Positions 1 through 13,538 of a stretch of DNA of 64,000 nt are shown here, one piece after another. The notes beneath the pieces were generated by a model. It was not told the DNA's origin and ran no database searches. It was given only the letters and a program-made list of their open reading frames with translations. Source of the DNA: Atractiella rhizophila (taxonomy: Eukaryota). Numbering within the stretch: position 1 is the first letter of the stretch; each line of letters starts with the position of its first letter. A program made the translations under genes and the position numbers. The stretch is from contig MU271383.1 of the NCBI GenBank assembly GCA_021432655.1, forward strand, positions 1 to 64,000, given 5' to 3'.

Positions 1-457
1 TGACGGCAACTTCTGGATCAATGTGGTAGGATCGTTCGGAACCTCATCCCTACCAGGGGTATTCGGCAGTGTAGACGACGCTTGGGTAGCCATAGCCAGG
101 AAAAAGAGGTGGAAGAAGATCTGGAAGTGGGTAGACAACCACGAAGCAATCCGGTCGAAATCACTCAAGGTCTGGGGAACAGAGGAAGACTTCTTCAACG
201 ACCTCGACGGCCTGGGGATACCGTGGCACCTCAAGAAATGGGCGAAGTTCTCTCACCTCATCAAGTTCATCGGCTTCGTTTGGGACTTCCGTGAACACAC
301 CATCTTACTCCCACGAGAGAAATTCCTCAAAACACTCCTCACGGTCCAAACGTGGCTCCAACCCAACTTCAGAGCCACCTTAGCAGAAGCCACCCACCTC
401 CACGGCCACCTCCAACATGTCGCCTTCATCAGTGCAAGCCATATCTCACGAATCTAA
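1..457 (+). pseudogene. Reverse transcriptase C-terminal part (DIRS-like)
   Basis: FGSVDDAW (YxDD-like), LGIPWHLKK, FIGFVWDF, LPREK, LHGHLQHVAF are typical of the DIRS RT palm/thumb. Confidence 0.8.
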
Positions 458-1134
458 TAAAATTCATCGCCTCGTTCCCACATGCCTTAGAGGAAGACAA
501 TACCTGGCTCCTCAAGCACGGTACACTACATCTCCCCAAAGGAGTCCGAAAGGATCTTCTTTACTGGCACGAACAACTAACGAAGGAACCACCCATCCGC
601 AAGGTCACCAGAATGGACAAACCGGTCTCATTAACCTGGTTCGGAGACGCCTCCCTGGCGTACGGCATAGCGGTCCAGATACACGAACACTGGAGCGTCT
701 GGACTTGGGCCGAAACCACCAAAGAGGAAAGGAAGATAGGCTGGGGCGAAATGCTAGCCGTAGAACTAGGGGTACTCCTGCTCGAATGGCTCCTGAGCAG
801 GAACAGAATCACTCTCAAGAACGACCATCGAGCTGTCATCTTCAACACGGACAACCAGAGAGTCGAAGGAATTCTCCATAAGTGGCGAGCGAGGAACCAC
901 GAACAAAACCAGTCACTCAAGAGACTGAGCGAAGTTACACAACGACTCACCGTCACCCTAATACCCACATGGATACCTTCCGAAGAGAACCCAGCAGACC
1001 GACCCTCAAGAGGCTCCTTTTCCCATCTCAAATACCAACTTTTCGTCTCTATACCGGTTCCACAACCAGTATCCCAGTTCGTTACAAGCCACTCTAATCC
1101 TTCTTCTCTTCCAGTACCCAATAGTTTAGCATAG
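430..1134 (+). pseudogene. RNase H (DIRS1-type)
   Basis: WFGDAS..YGIAV, IGWGEMLAV, FNTDNQRV, WIPSEENPADRPSRG give the D-E-D-D catalytic set. Confidence 0.9.
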
Positions 1135-1449
1135 CAATCACATTTCATGTATCTATCTGACATAGCATCAATGGTTAATCATCCAATTCATGAGTGTAGA
1201 ATGAAACCTCCAAGAACAAGGAGAAAAGAACGCGAATAGGCACGTGCAAGAAAGCCTATCTTTGAAATCACCATGAACAATAAACGAAGGGCAAGCAACT
1301 CCAAACGCAAACCCAAGGAACGTGGCCCCAGGAGAGCGAAAAAGCCTAACCCTCCACCATGGCGAACACGAGAAGAACTAGACAGAGATCTCATAGCCTA
1401 CAAGACCTTTGCTAGACAAAACGCTTCGTTCAACCAAGACTTGGAGGAT

Positions 1450-2733
1450 AGGTTCATCCCTTGCCGAGCAGGAGACCGACTATGCTTATGGCGTGGCGTC
1501 GACAACTTCTCCCATCTCCTACTCGACATGCCGGTGTTCAGGGACATAGCGTACGCCGCAAACGAAGCCTTCTTCACCGAATCCACCTGGAATTCTTACG
1601 GCTCCGCACTGGCCAAATGAAACGATTTTTGCAACAAGTTTTGTATACCCTTCGAGGACAGATTTCCCATTAAATCCCAGCAACACCTCGTATCCTTCTG
1701 CCTCTGGGCAACAGGCCCTCCGGATCTCTACCCCCAAGCGTTCCGTCCCCTCTCAACCATCGGGAACCAAACCCTCGAGAACTACATCAGCTCGCTCAGA
1801 TCATGGCATGATCTGCACGCTGCTCCATGGCCCTGGGAGAAGGATAAGCCCGTAGTCTTAACGAAATGGCTACGAGGAATAAGCAATATCATGGGACAAT
1901 CCCACAAAAAAGAGTAACTCCCACCCAAAGTCAAAGACTCACGTTCCGGGCAGACCACGAGCACCGGTCTCCCAAGAGATGATGGTGTCCCTAGAACGGA
2001 ATCTGGACCTCTCAAACCCTTTTGACGCTTGCGTCTGGCTGCTGCTGTCACAGGGCTGTACGGGCTCTGCAGACTCGGCGAACTCTTACCGAAATCGAAA
2101 CCTTCGTTCTCACCCAAAACGCACATGACGCGGGACAAAATTTTCCCAGAATTCGACTTAGAAGGACTCCCCTACATCCTCCTCCGCCTGCCAAAAGACA
2201 AAGTGTCCAAAGGGACACCAGTCGACATCAGTGTCCCCCAAGCAAGAATAGGGAACACACTCTTGCTCGAAGCCATTCTCAACCACCTCCGCATGAACTG
2301 CACGCTTAGCGACTTAGACCCATTGTTCGCCTACTGGTCCCATAAGGAACACACCATTCTCCCACTCACGAAAAGAGCCTTCCTGGACAGATGCAAGAAC
2401 ATATGGTCTCAGGACATGAAAGCATCAGGAGGTATCGACAACGTGTTGGGCCATAGCTTCAGAATTGGCAGCGCAAGCGGACTATGACCCCTTAAAGTAG
2501 GTATAGAATTCATAATGATGGCGGGCAGATGGAAATCGATCTCCTGGGAACTCTACATCAGAATGAAGGCACAGGTCGTGGTAAACGGGATAACCCACCG
2601 CAGCTTTGAGGCCCCAAATAACCGCCAACACTCAGACATCCATGAACACGAATTCAATCAACCAAAAAGAGGCAAACCAGTTCCCAAAGCCGCTCCTCGT
2701 CGCGGTGTGGTGGTCAGTACAGCATCAGGATGA
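1450..2733 (+). pseudogene. Tyrosine recombinase of the DIRS/Ngaro element
   Basis: N-terminal TLENYISSLRSWH, then catalytic R (GLCRLGELL), K (LPKDK), HSFRIG, GRWKS..W..Y; broken by stops at about 1620, 1917 and 2487. Confidence 0.9.
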
Positions 2734-5700
2734 AACGGCTAGTTTCTCCTCCTATTAGGACTTCGGAACTGCTTTTGGGGTGAGCCTTTCGTCTTGCTTA
2801 CCACCTCATTTGGGGTCCTTTCAAAGCTCACAAGCTCTCGTTGGCTCGCAGAACCCTCGCAAGCCAAACCTCAACGCATGAGCCTCAAAACCAAACACAA
2901 CCACGGAGCAGTTTGAACACCTGAGTGCCCGAAGTGTTGGCATAAAAGACAAAATGTGTTCAAATTTCATATAGACCCCGACTCACACCTTCGAACACAC
3001 ATCCAGTCAGAGCGATACCAGAACTGGATCAGCGTGCTTGGACAATTTGCATCGGCGTTGCTTGAAATGGTGACGAGCAAGATTTGTACCTACAATAGGC
3101 TATGTTCACAATCTTAAAATCGGATATCCGCAGGGCTTCCAGGCTAAAGGGGCCCAAGGTTGAGATCGTTGAGATCTCGAGAGCTGAGAATTGAGAACAT
3201 TATGTTTGCGGAAAAGGTGTTTTGAGGAAACACTGCACTATTTTGCTTCCTAGGTTTGCGTGGCACTGTCGCGATATTGGATGCTGCGAGCTTCGTCCTC
3301 CAACTTTTTGCCCAACAAGAGATGGGCGGTGTTCTGCGCGATCACTTGATCAGATAGATGCCATTTTCTCACTCAATCTTCTTTGGGTACACATTTCATA
3401 CTCACTACACCCAAACTTCTGCAACTCTTAACTATAAAATGCTCTCGCCAACCACTGTCCATCGCCGGCGGCATTGAAATGAGACGTAAACAGTAGGCAT
3501 CATGTCTCAAGGTCTCTTAACGCACAAATACATGATTGTTGCTCCAACACAGCCTAAACCACGACGGCTACGACGTAGCACAGCTTGCACTCAATGCCGT
3601 AGGAAAGTTGAAATCCCCCTTTTGTTCTCTTTGTTCTGGATCGCAGGGCAGCTTTGACTTTCTTTCATTCTGGGCAGGCTGAAAGTGAAATGCGTATCAT
3701 CACATCAAGGAGAAGCTTGTGGTGAGCGCGGACTTCCTTCGCATGGTCTAGATCGTCTTCTGATACGGCAAAGTTTGGCATGCAGCTCGATGTGCGGAAA
3801 CTCCTCAAGCCTCTAAATGCTCTATTCGTCTCGCCAACATCATGGCCAATTCATGCACCAGTCCTGAATCTACATTTCCAGCATCGACTCCCCCACCTGG
3901 CACGCTTCGGGTTTACTACTTTCAGATGGCGCATGCGATTCTCATTTAACGAACTACCCGATGGAGAACTACGTTGACTCCAGCGGTTAGTATCTTTCTG
4001 AAACTATCTCACAACAGAACAGTGACAATGGGATGAAGGGAAGACGCACAAAACATTTATGTATGTCTGTGGTGGCACTTCAGAACAAATCGCCACTACA
4101 TGCTTTTCTTCGTGGTATCCTCATCCCTTGTCTCAAACATGCCCTCCAACTTCCATACAGTACTCTCCAGCATCCACAGCGTATTCCTCGAGCACTCAAT
4201 ATTCAGCGCCTAAGCAGGACGCGGATCCAGACATGAAACCACTTCTCTCCTCAGACCCTGTAGAGCCCATAGAGCATGCTCCCCACCAGATGCACATTTT
4301 TTTCATTCACGACCTTCCCTTCCCAAACTGAGAAGAAGGCACATTACATGGTGATTCTCAAACCCTTCAAAATCAATCTAGTTATTTGCCAGTGATAGCA
4401 CCTATCAGTTGGCAAGCTGGTTGCTACACCTATAAATAAAACAAAAGGGCTAACCCTAAATTCTTCGTACTAAACTTGTTGGAGAACTTGTGATTCTTTC
4501 ATGCATCATGATAATGACCAGTTGAGCTGTTGACGTGTAACGTTCACAATTCATTGGATCCCCTAATTCAGTTTTCAGTCTTCAAAAGCATTTTCTAGTA
4601 CCCTTCATCTCACATTAGTGCTGCTTTGTTCCTTCAATCTTCCCATTCAGGCTCAAGAGAAGTTCCAATGTGGAACAACTTCATTGATCAACTTGCATGT
4701 TCAGAAGCGCCTTTCAATATGTAATTGAATGCCTTCAATCTGTTTCATCTGTCATCCTCATCAGAAACATCATCCACATTCTCTATCTGTATGGATAACA
4801 TATCAAATGGGACCATATGAGTGAAATTGTGCTCTCTACACCCCCTTTCCACCTTTGTCGATAACCTATTGACTGGGTACGTTTTCTATGAAATTGTAGG
4901 CAGTGGCCCCTTCTACCTCTGTCAATGACCTATCAACTCGCTGGTGACACTTTCAATGAAATTACAGGCCATCATTACAGTCACTTTCGTCACAAGAAAG
5001 TGATAATAACTGTACAAAAATTTTTAACAACTAAATCTTTACAGAAAAACTAGTTGTAAAATTGCCTTGATTCAATATTTCTGACCCTGCCTTCTGTTGA
5101 AAGGCTGAAAATCCAACGTCATTCTCAATGCTAGTACTTGTCATCATCTCGATTTATACTTAATGAAGGATAGGGTACTTAAACCTTCACAGTTATCATG
5201 ATGATATTAGGTTTTAAATTTGATTGCAGCAATCCTTATCACTGCATATAAGTCATACTTTCAGGTTTGTACATATACGAAGACCATTCCGCAAATATTT
5301 CTCACCTTGTATTGCTCAAGGATATATTAAATTTGGTGCATTCTTATTTTCTATACGTTATAACGCTGTTGCTGTCTATAATAATCCCTCTTGAGCTGTT
5401 GTCAATCACCTATGAGCATAGGATGTTTTCACTTAAAATTCACCAATCTGCTGCCTCCTTTGGAAGTGTTTTGGATATCCGGCCATGTAATATGTTTTCG
5501 TTGAAATCGGGGTATTAGATCAAATGGCTGGTGTCCATACATTGACATAGAGGAACAGAAAGAGATATAAAACATGTGGACACTGTATGGACACTACATA
5601 TCTCAACTGCTATAAATTAATTTGGATCGAACGGCCTCCAATGAACCTTGGAAGCGCTTCCCATGGCAAATTTGTTGGAGATGTGTAAAATGTTAGTAAT

Positions 5701-5820
5701 ACTTTCTTCATGAACATTCTGGAAGTTTCTATTTGCCACAAGCTCTCATGTATATAAACACCTGTTCTTGTGTTTCTGCTGCTCATGCGTTTTTGGTAAG
5801 TTGCCATCACCACAACCTCT

Positions 5821-6891
5821 GTGCTCACAATGAACGGGGGAATAGATGAGCTTAATCTCACGGTGTTTCGTGAATTTTGCCGTCGTGGTCGATTCGAGGC
5901 TTTCTTAAACGATCCACAGCTGCCAATCAAGCACTCCGCTCTGAAGCCCATTCTTCCGAGCACCATCTGCTCTCGAACGTCGTCAATGTCACACAATGAC
6001 GGCAGTTTCGTACTGTCCGATGATCAACTTATCAGCTTTCAAAAGCGATCGAAACTTCTCAAAGACTCTGATTACAACTCAATTCTTACGCTTGTTAACA
6101 GTGAGTTGCGGCCGCGAAAGAAGCAAAGCATCATGCGATGCTTTCTGAGCGCTTATCTCAGAAAGATCTCTGCAACATTTTTGTGCCATTTGGCCGATAT
6201 CTCCAACAGATCTCGTACAAAGGTCGAATCATCAGTCGAAGAGGAAAACACAAAGGCAACAGTGGAGTAATATTCCGAAAAGGGGATGCAGAAGAATGGG
6301 GAGAAGTTATTGATATCACAAGTGTGTCAGAGGCCTTCGTCCCTCAGGCCCCCCAACCCACTCGCAAGGGGCATGGCCCCTTGAACCCTACTGTGACTCT
6401 TGTGAGGGTTCGAGTCCAGTATGAAACGCATTTTTTACCCCCTTCAGAACAAAATTTCCTCGAGGCTTCAGAAAGGCGCAAGCATATGCAGTAAGATGGT
6501 GTAATTCATTTCGTTTCAATGTGCCTGCTGAGGGAGGTATGAACGCTCAAAAGTGCGTTTTATGACTCATGCCAAGAACGGATGGCTTTTAGAGGTAAGG
6601 ATTCAACACTTGAGGGAGGATGGACAAATTGGTTGGGTATGTGAGGTTTTTCTTCAAGTTTCCATTTATTCCAACTTCGGCGCACGTCATTTATCATTTG
6701 ACCCATTTCTTAACTTTCCTGGTCTCAAAGCAAAGGCTTTTTACTTTGGTACCAATAGCCGAAAGGAGATGATCCAACTCAACCAGGTCAAATCACATCA
6801 TGCACACATGGCACCACCTTTTAGCACGCTTGGTATCAGAGATGAACGCATAGTTTTAGCAATTGATTTGGATAGGGGTCATTCTGAATAA
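5821..6891 (+). pseudogene. C-terminal remnant of a CACTA/Tnp2-associated transposase-like gene, interrupted by a mini-Helitron
   Basis: Three ORF pieces (GNSGVIF..WGEVIDI/IQHLRE..HAHMAPP..LGI..VLAIDLDR); the frame is restored when 6319-6601 is removed. Family assignment is by resemblance only. Confidence 0.5.
6319..6601 (-). mobile_element. Non-autonomous mini-Helitron, copy 1 (283 bp)
   Basis: Minus strand starts TC and ends CTTG, inserted between A and T with no TSD; GC hairpin about 11 nt before the 3' end; near-identical to 15284-15565. Confidence 0.9.
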
Positions 6892-9800
6892 TAGTTTGAT
6901 TTTTTCATTAGCCTGTTGCTTGCAAAGCAGAATATACATTTATGTGATATTCACCAATCACGTAGGATGTCACCATGTCAATTTTAAGATGACTGGTCAC
7001 CTTCTTCATGCAGCGCATCATGTCCTCACAGCTTGTATCCCCTAAAGACCAATGCAGACTTCTTCAGCTGCTGAGTCAAAGACAAGGCTATGGTTACCAG
7101 GAAACAAGAGGGCATTGAGCTCGAGAATCTTCTCTTGCGTTGAGGACGGTGTCAGGAAGACTCCGATATCGCGACCGAGTGCTGGGACGGGTCTGCCACT
7201 ATAGGTAAAAGCTCGCCTTGATTGAGTGGGAGGTGAGGCGCATCTTTCAGGCCGGCCAAACCTCCGCAATGAGTTGCCGGAGGGCCTTGTCGGCAGGCCA
7301 GACCCAAGCATCGTATTCTTCTCATGTTCGCCATGCTGGACAGTCCAGCCTCTCAGAAGGAGCCGAATTATTGATAGGGGTGACCTGCGAGTTTGACATT
7401 CCTTTTGTCGCCATGGAGCGTTTGTCGGCGCGGATAAGAGCAGGAGCGGGATGAGGGAGGTTTGGAAGGTCACAGCTGGATATAGGAAACAGGAGGGGCT
7501 TGACTTGGAATGAACCTGCATCTAGATAGCAATCAAATAAGATAGCGACAACAAGGTCATGTTCTCACAGAAATGGGGCTTGTAAGACGAAACAGCTCGA
7601 TTGTTGGCTGCTGAGAGCACAATCGAGGTTTCTACTTAGGAAAATGTCGCTCCTCTTACACCCCATATGTCTCGTTGCTGTTGTGTAGAGCCGCACATGC
7701 CGAAAGATTTTCTGCATTCTTTAGCTTCAGAAGGAGGCCGGCTGTTGCAGATTCTGCAAACCTGAGGCGATGCCGAGAGCGACGATCAGCGGTGTGACCG
7801 TTTCAAATCAAATTTCAAGCGAATCTTCGGTGCATAATCAACAGCGGAAGCATCAACCAGCAGCATTCATCAATATTCATTTCGGGCGATTCAGATCAAT
7901 AGGGAAGGGATTATTCACACATTTTGAAGCCCAAGAAGCTCGTTAGCCGCGTTCAAGTCTTTCGCACCTGCCGATAATCTCGTATCGATCACGAACAGGT
8001 TAGGTGATGATTGTGTACACAGCTACACCTGATAGAGGCACAACTAAATTGAAAGGTGTACTCTTTCATGCTGCCTTTACGTCAAGTCCACTATTGAAAA
8101 GTTTAATCCATTGTCTCAGAATTTAATGAACATATGTCTATTATTGCAAATGATTTTTGAGTACCAAACAGGATTCTGTTACTTCCCCCTGGTAGATTAT
8201 TAATCACCCTTTGTCCTTTTTCACATCGGATGAAGCCAGCTAACCTAATCCAAGTGTCTGCGATTTAACTCATGATCGTTTGCCTTGTCACATAAACTAC
8301 GGGCGACGCGAATTTTGCAAAATTACAATTTGACACACCCCGTAGCCGTCCCTACCAGTGACCGTGTGGCTGATTTGCTAGGATACACCACAAATCGGTG
8401 TTTGCTAATACCAGTTGGCCAAGGTTGGCTGAAGATCATAATGGCGCAGTTGGCTCGGCTAACTTTATTTTACGGTATCGGTACCTTGTGGGTTTGGCTT
8501 TTTGATATAAGAGCATGAGAGCCTGGCTTAGCTTTATGAGAGCAGGTTCCTGTGCCAATTCCTTAAAACGCTGCAGCAATGAACAGTCAAGCTGGAAAGA
8601 CTGAAAGAGCTGCATGCAGCTTGGGGTTTGTCGATTCCTCTCCGTCTGACGAAACTAACCATTGGCAGCTCAAGACCAGAACAAGAGGGCAACATTTTAC
8701 CATCCCCAACTAGGCAAATAATACCTCCTCCTCATACACCTCGACGACAACATGAGGTGGATGTTTTGCACGTTGCCAGTGATAGTTGCCTTCTGGGCCA
8801 TTGCTGTGTTGGTTCTATGTCGAAACGGGATCAAGACATCTGTAGGTAAGATTATGGGGCACTCCAGAGGACGTGATCTTGTGAAGGGGAAGGGATGTAG
8901 CACAGCTTAGGAGGGATACCGACAGAAGTCTACATTCATGAACATATAGCAATCTATGTCATGTCGTGGGTAGTATCAACATTCATAAATTTTGTTTAAT
9001 GTTCCCAATTGTCAGTAACAGTTCCGTCTTTGCTTACGTTTGCTTGCTTGCTTGGACCTTATGTCCCCCTGAACAAAGTATATAGAAAAAGGTCATCTTC
9101 ACGTTCCAATGATAAAATCCAATAACCAAAGCCAGAGAGGACCCACAATTTCGATGACCTTGGAGAAATACTCACAATCCTCTAGGCATAGTCACTCCAG
9201 ATGTTCCTGATGGTAGGTTGAGGATTCCTCAGGCTTCTTCGAATTCAACGATAACGGAAGGCACGGTGGGTGAGGGGGACTGGAGGGGTGGGCAACTCGT
9301 CTGACCATTTTATTCGTTAGAGAACAAAGGTGCAATGCGTCCGCCCTGTGTTGGCGATTAAAGGGAATGTAGCCTCATGACCTTCCGTCCCCATTGAGGG
9401 TTGGAGATTAATGATACAATGGATAGGACTCAGACTCCAATCGCGATTGTTTACTTCGCGTTCCGGATGCTGTGCCAAACATGTGCACTTCACCGCTAGC
9501 CCGGACTTATAAACATGGCTCTTGGTTTGCTTTCTGTTTTCCCAATCAAATATCTTTACTTTACTTGCATTCGCTCATAGTGATTAGGGGACATTAGACA
9601 TTGGGAATAAAGATACGGAACTACTATTTCCACTTTCGAGCAACAAGGATACAAGGGATTCAGGCCTCCAATCCCACACAAGATGTATGTCCCAATCAAT
9701 TTATAAGGCTTGGACGGGTCGGAGACAGCATCCATCATCACAGTTGGTTTCTCAAAACTCGAAACAAAACAACGACATGAAAGTTCAATATATAGGTTCC

Positions 9801-10182
9801 ACCCGCCACCCAAACGTTAAGGGCCAGAAGATGGTAGGAAGGAATGGAGGAAGATGAACCAGATTCAGAAATAGCCACATACTTTCCCCTCTCCACTCCG
9901 CCACCACCCCTTCTTCTTCTTCCTCTTCTCCTTCCGAGCCTTCTTCTCCCCTTTAATCTCCTTCCGAGCTTCATGCTCAGCAGATGTCTCGTGCCGGCGC
10001 TTTTCCTTCTTTTCTTTCTTCAGACGACGATGTGAGGTGAGAGAGAGGGAGGAAGAGTGCGCGCCTTTCTGCCCATTCACGTTTGGTTCAATTCGAGGAT
10101 ACATTGAACAGAGGTAAGGAAAGACAGACCTGGAGATCGGGAGCGTTTCCGCTTCCTATCTCTGTCCCTCGAGCAGGAGCGC

Positions 10183-11515
10183 TGTTCCTGCCGAGAATGT
10201 CACCCAAGGACTCATCCTGAGGATTAAAGGTCACAGAATGCTGATCAGGAAGGTGTACTGCCAAGTGAATAACCACAGGAAAATGCTGGTGTAAAGTAAA
10301 GTGGAAAATCTGGTAATAGGCCGTAAAATTGTATAAAATAAGGCCTAACATTATCTCAGAGTAGTTCTAAATTCTTACCTTCAGAAGATCCAATGAATCT
10401 AGCATCCAAGTACTCTTGAATCTCATCCAGCATCCTAACATCACCTTGGGCGCTATGAAGGACAGCTTGTGCCCGATCATTACCTTTGTAGATGTATTTG
10501 AACAGGTATTCGACTGATTTGATGGAGATGTAGAGTTCCACATTGATATGAGCTGTGAACCGACAAAGGACATAAGCATTAAATGGCACAACCCATCGAT
10601 TGTCGTAAATGAATCCATTCCGCGATTTCTGAAAGGTACATCCATTGTTACGGCGACGATAGGTGAGATAGCCATCCTCATTGATTCCTGTTTCTTCTAC
10701 GAATGGCTTTGGAAACCCTTTGCCAAAGATATTTCTTCCAGGATTTTTAGAATCATCTAACATGCATGGAGCATCTAGGCTGATATCTCCACAGGGTCTA
10801 TGAAGCATATGATTGCAGACAATCTCAAACAATTCAGGGTCTGTATCCTTGTCAGGCAATTCGGCAGACACTATGCGGTCGATCGCTTCAACATCCCTGA
10901 TGGTATCTTCAGGATTGAGGATGATGAGGATGTGAGCATGGGGGAGACCACGTTTCTGATATTCAATGAAGCAGACGAAGCTGACCGACCGTCCAAAGGT
11001 TGAGTTATCCTTGATGTCCTGTATGTAAGCCTTCACCTTTGCATTGAAAACTCTAGAGACCAAGTCTGGTCGATCAGCAGCTGTGTACCCAGGAAGTAGA
11101 ACTTCTGTGATTTCTAACCACCGTGGATTGCAAGTGAAAGTTGTGAAGATAGCAGGTGAACCTCGGTACCTGACAATCGCCATAGCATCTTAGAATTGCT
11201 GGTTCATCTGGTGGGGACTTCCTGTGTGTGATGATGGTAGAATGGTCCGCTTCCCAACATCTACAGCATCTCAACCATCTTTTAATGCATTGCCAAGTCG
11301 AGCATAAGACTCAGTTCGGAGAAGGTCTTGATTGTACCTCAGGAACCTCAATCGTCCACTTTCTATCTGAGTATAAGCATCACAAACCAATTCTTGAAAC
11401 AGCGGCCACCATGGTGAATTAGAGAGAATGTGTCCTTCTTTAGGTGAAGCAGGTAAGAGTAATAGTTCATCTGAGTAACGTGTTTCTGTTCCCCCATATT
11501 ACCAACTACTCATCC
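10183..11515 (-). mobile_element. Helitron Rep (HUH endonuclease) fragment
   Basis: FTTFTCNPRW, IEYQKRGLPHAHILI (HUH), YLFKYIYKG (Y2), QEYLDARFI; paralog of about 56700-58040. Confidence 0.95.
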
Positions 11516-11749
11516 CCTGGAACCTTGCAGGGCTGGTCCAGTGCAGGCCTAGTCACTCAAGGCACTAGCACTCAAAACAGTGCTGGTTTAGAGATGGTTT
11601 AGGGCCGATTTTTGGCTCCGCAGCAGTCGACACTTAGTGCCTTCAGTGCCTGGCTGGTGCTTTGAATGAACATAATTTCGCACTTTGTAGTGCACAGTTA
11701 GTGTCATGCTTGTGCTCAAAATCAGTGCACTTCTAGTGCTGTTCCAGGG
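11514..11749. mobile_element. MITE with CCCTGGAAC terminal inverted repeats
   Basis: ccctggaac (11515) and gttccaggg (11741-11749); many gcact/agtgc subterminal motifs; the left end matches the TIR at 20985-21004. Confidence 0.7.
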
Positions 11750-11751
11750 AC

Positions 11752-13538
11752 TGCTTAGATACAATGCAATAATTCATAGAATTGCACTATTAGGTCCTGT
11801 ATAGGCTACACTTTACTTGCACTCCACCCATTGCCAATCCTGCACCTTCTCCCAACCTGGCCGTAAGAAATTGATTGCGGAGGGCTGGTGACGCGGGGCG
11901 GCGAAACGGAGGGCAGAGGGGACGTAGGGGCGGAGAGGTGGCAGGGGTGGCCAGAAGACCTCCCACGCCTCTTCCCGTGCACCATGACGCCATTCGCAGC
12001 CTCATTTGCGTCGATTTCTCTCTTGCTCCACCTCTTGTTCCTCCGCGTCATCCAGCGTCCTCCCTTTCCTTTCCAGTTCCGCCAACCTCTCCGCCTTCCT
12101 TCGTATTCTGGCCGCACTTGGGCTTCCCTTCCTACCCGTATCGTGTTTCCACACTTCCTCCAGGTATAAAGGTACTTACTACACGAGCCAACGGTTCTTT
12201 GCTCCCTCATGCCCCAGTTTCTGGTCGTTGCCAAAAGGGGAGGACAGAGGTGACAGAGGGGGCGAGGATCGATGTAGGACGTGTCCTACACTTTGTGTCA
12301 CCCTCCTAGCTATATCTCCTCATCCACTTCACCTTCCAGCGGTTCTTATGCCGTCTGTCGCTCCTGGCCATCACACATGATAGGAGCGCGGGTAGTGAGA
12401 CAGAAGGGGCAGACAGGCGACAGGGATACCAGACGACTTCAGTGTAGCCACCGATGTGCCGTCCGTGCCCCTCACCATCTCATGTCGTCGTCCCGTGCCG
12501 ATCCAGCACCTCCTTCTCACCTTCCGACTTCTCTCACCATCCAAGGATCCCCTTCCAACGCCGAACGCCCCTTCGCATTGAAACTGACAGCGAGCTTGGG
12601 TACAAACGTCTGGTTGCCGAAGACGTGAGAGGATATTGAGGGTCAGGAACTGCAACAGGGTTGGAGGAGTACCGATTCTAAGATACCGTTGTGAACAATG
12701 TTAGTTTACCTGAACGAGAAGAAAAGGCACCTCTTTCCGCAAACAGCGAGTCTGTCTCAAAGCTTATTTTTCTCATTCTCCTCTGAATACATCTCAGATC
12801 CAACAAAAGAGCACCAATGAATGGCGTCGATGTTCTACGCCAAAACGTTGTTCACCAACTTTGTCTAAATGCCTGGCAACAATTGAACAACATGAGGAGC
12901 TTACTTTGAGAAGTGCATGCTTGCCGCAACATGTATTTGATTCATGTGGATTGATTTTGGGCGACGATGTGGCAGAGGAGATGAAGAAGAGAAAAGGGGT
13001 GTTGCGAGAAGCAATGAAAGGGGAGGAGATGTTAAGAGCGAGGGAGAGTTCGAATTTGTGACTGTTGGGGTGTTGGGGTGGGCGTCTCGGTTCTGCTCCG
13101 TTGTCCAGTCCAGTTGGTTGTGGAACTTAGTCCTCTTCAGAGTCTTCACGTGATGTGGATTGCCTTGGAACTTTGCCAAGTTCTTTGCGCTCACCAGCTC
13201 TTCTCTTTGTTGGCTCGTTTTCGACTTCAATACCGCTTCAGTTCTCAAGTAACAGGTTTTAAAATGCTCGCAAAGCTGTATTTGCTATATTTTAACCCCT
13301 TCTAGCCCGGAAGGAAGGAATCACAGAACAAGAGATCCTTTCTGATTTCAAGAACTGTTTAGTCCTGTTTTGTTATAGTCCTCTAGGTTTCTCTATTTTG
13401 GATGGTCCTTAAGCCCCTTAGGCAGCCCCTCAGTCGATCTTAAACAATCGCAATGTTTGCCTGTAGTTTGCCTTAGTTTGCTCACAAGGAGAATCAGCTC
13501 TAACATTTGCACTACAGCCACACTAACTGCTCTAAGCG
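11752..13538. mobile_element. Degenerate DNA transposon inserted in the Helitron (8-bp TSD)
   Basis: Ends tgcttaga and tctaagcg; ACTCATCC at 11508-11515 and 13539-13546 flanks the MITE plus this insert; Helitron sequence resumes at 13539. Confidence 0.6.

Larger units (their letters stand above)
1..2945 (+). mobile_element. DIRS/Ngaro-type tyrosine-recombinase retrotransposon (degenerate; 5' part outside window)
   Basis: Same-strand order RT, RNase H, tyrosine recombinase, with internal stops and frameshifts; right boundary approximate. Confidence 0.85.

Noticed and set aside
561..1163. 200-aa antisense ORF over RNase H
   Set aside because: Shadow ORF of a coding region.
2700..2945. Hammerhead ribozyme in the DIRS tail
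   Set aside because: No CTGATGA..GAAA core with supporting stems on either strand.
6380..6420. tRNA or tRNA-derived SINE suggested by GGTTCGAGTCC
   Set aside because: No acceptor stem, clear A box, poly-A/T tail or TSD; the element's ends fit a Helitron.
8752..8908. Small secreted protein (MRWMFCTLPVIVAFWAIAVLVLC)
   Set aside because: Hydrophobic start and a GT donor are present, but I could not build convincing downstream exons.
9840..10050. Leu/Pro-rich and Lys/Arg-rich ORFs
   Set aside because: These arise from low-complexity CT-rich sequence; no domain evidence.
11790..12655. Many overlapping ORFs on both strands
   Set aside because: GC-rich, stop-poor transposon interior; no recognisable motif.
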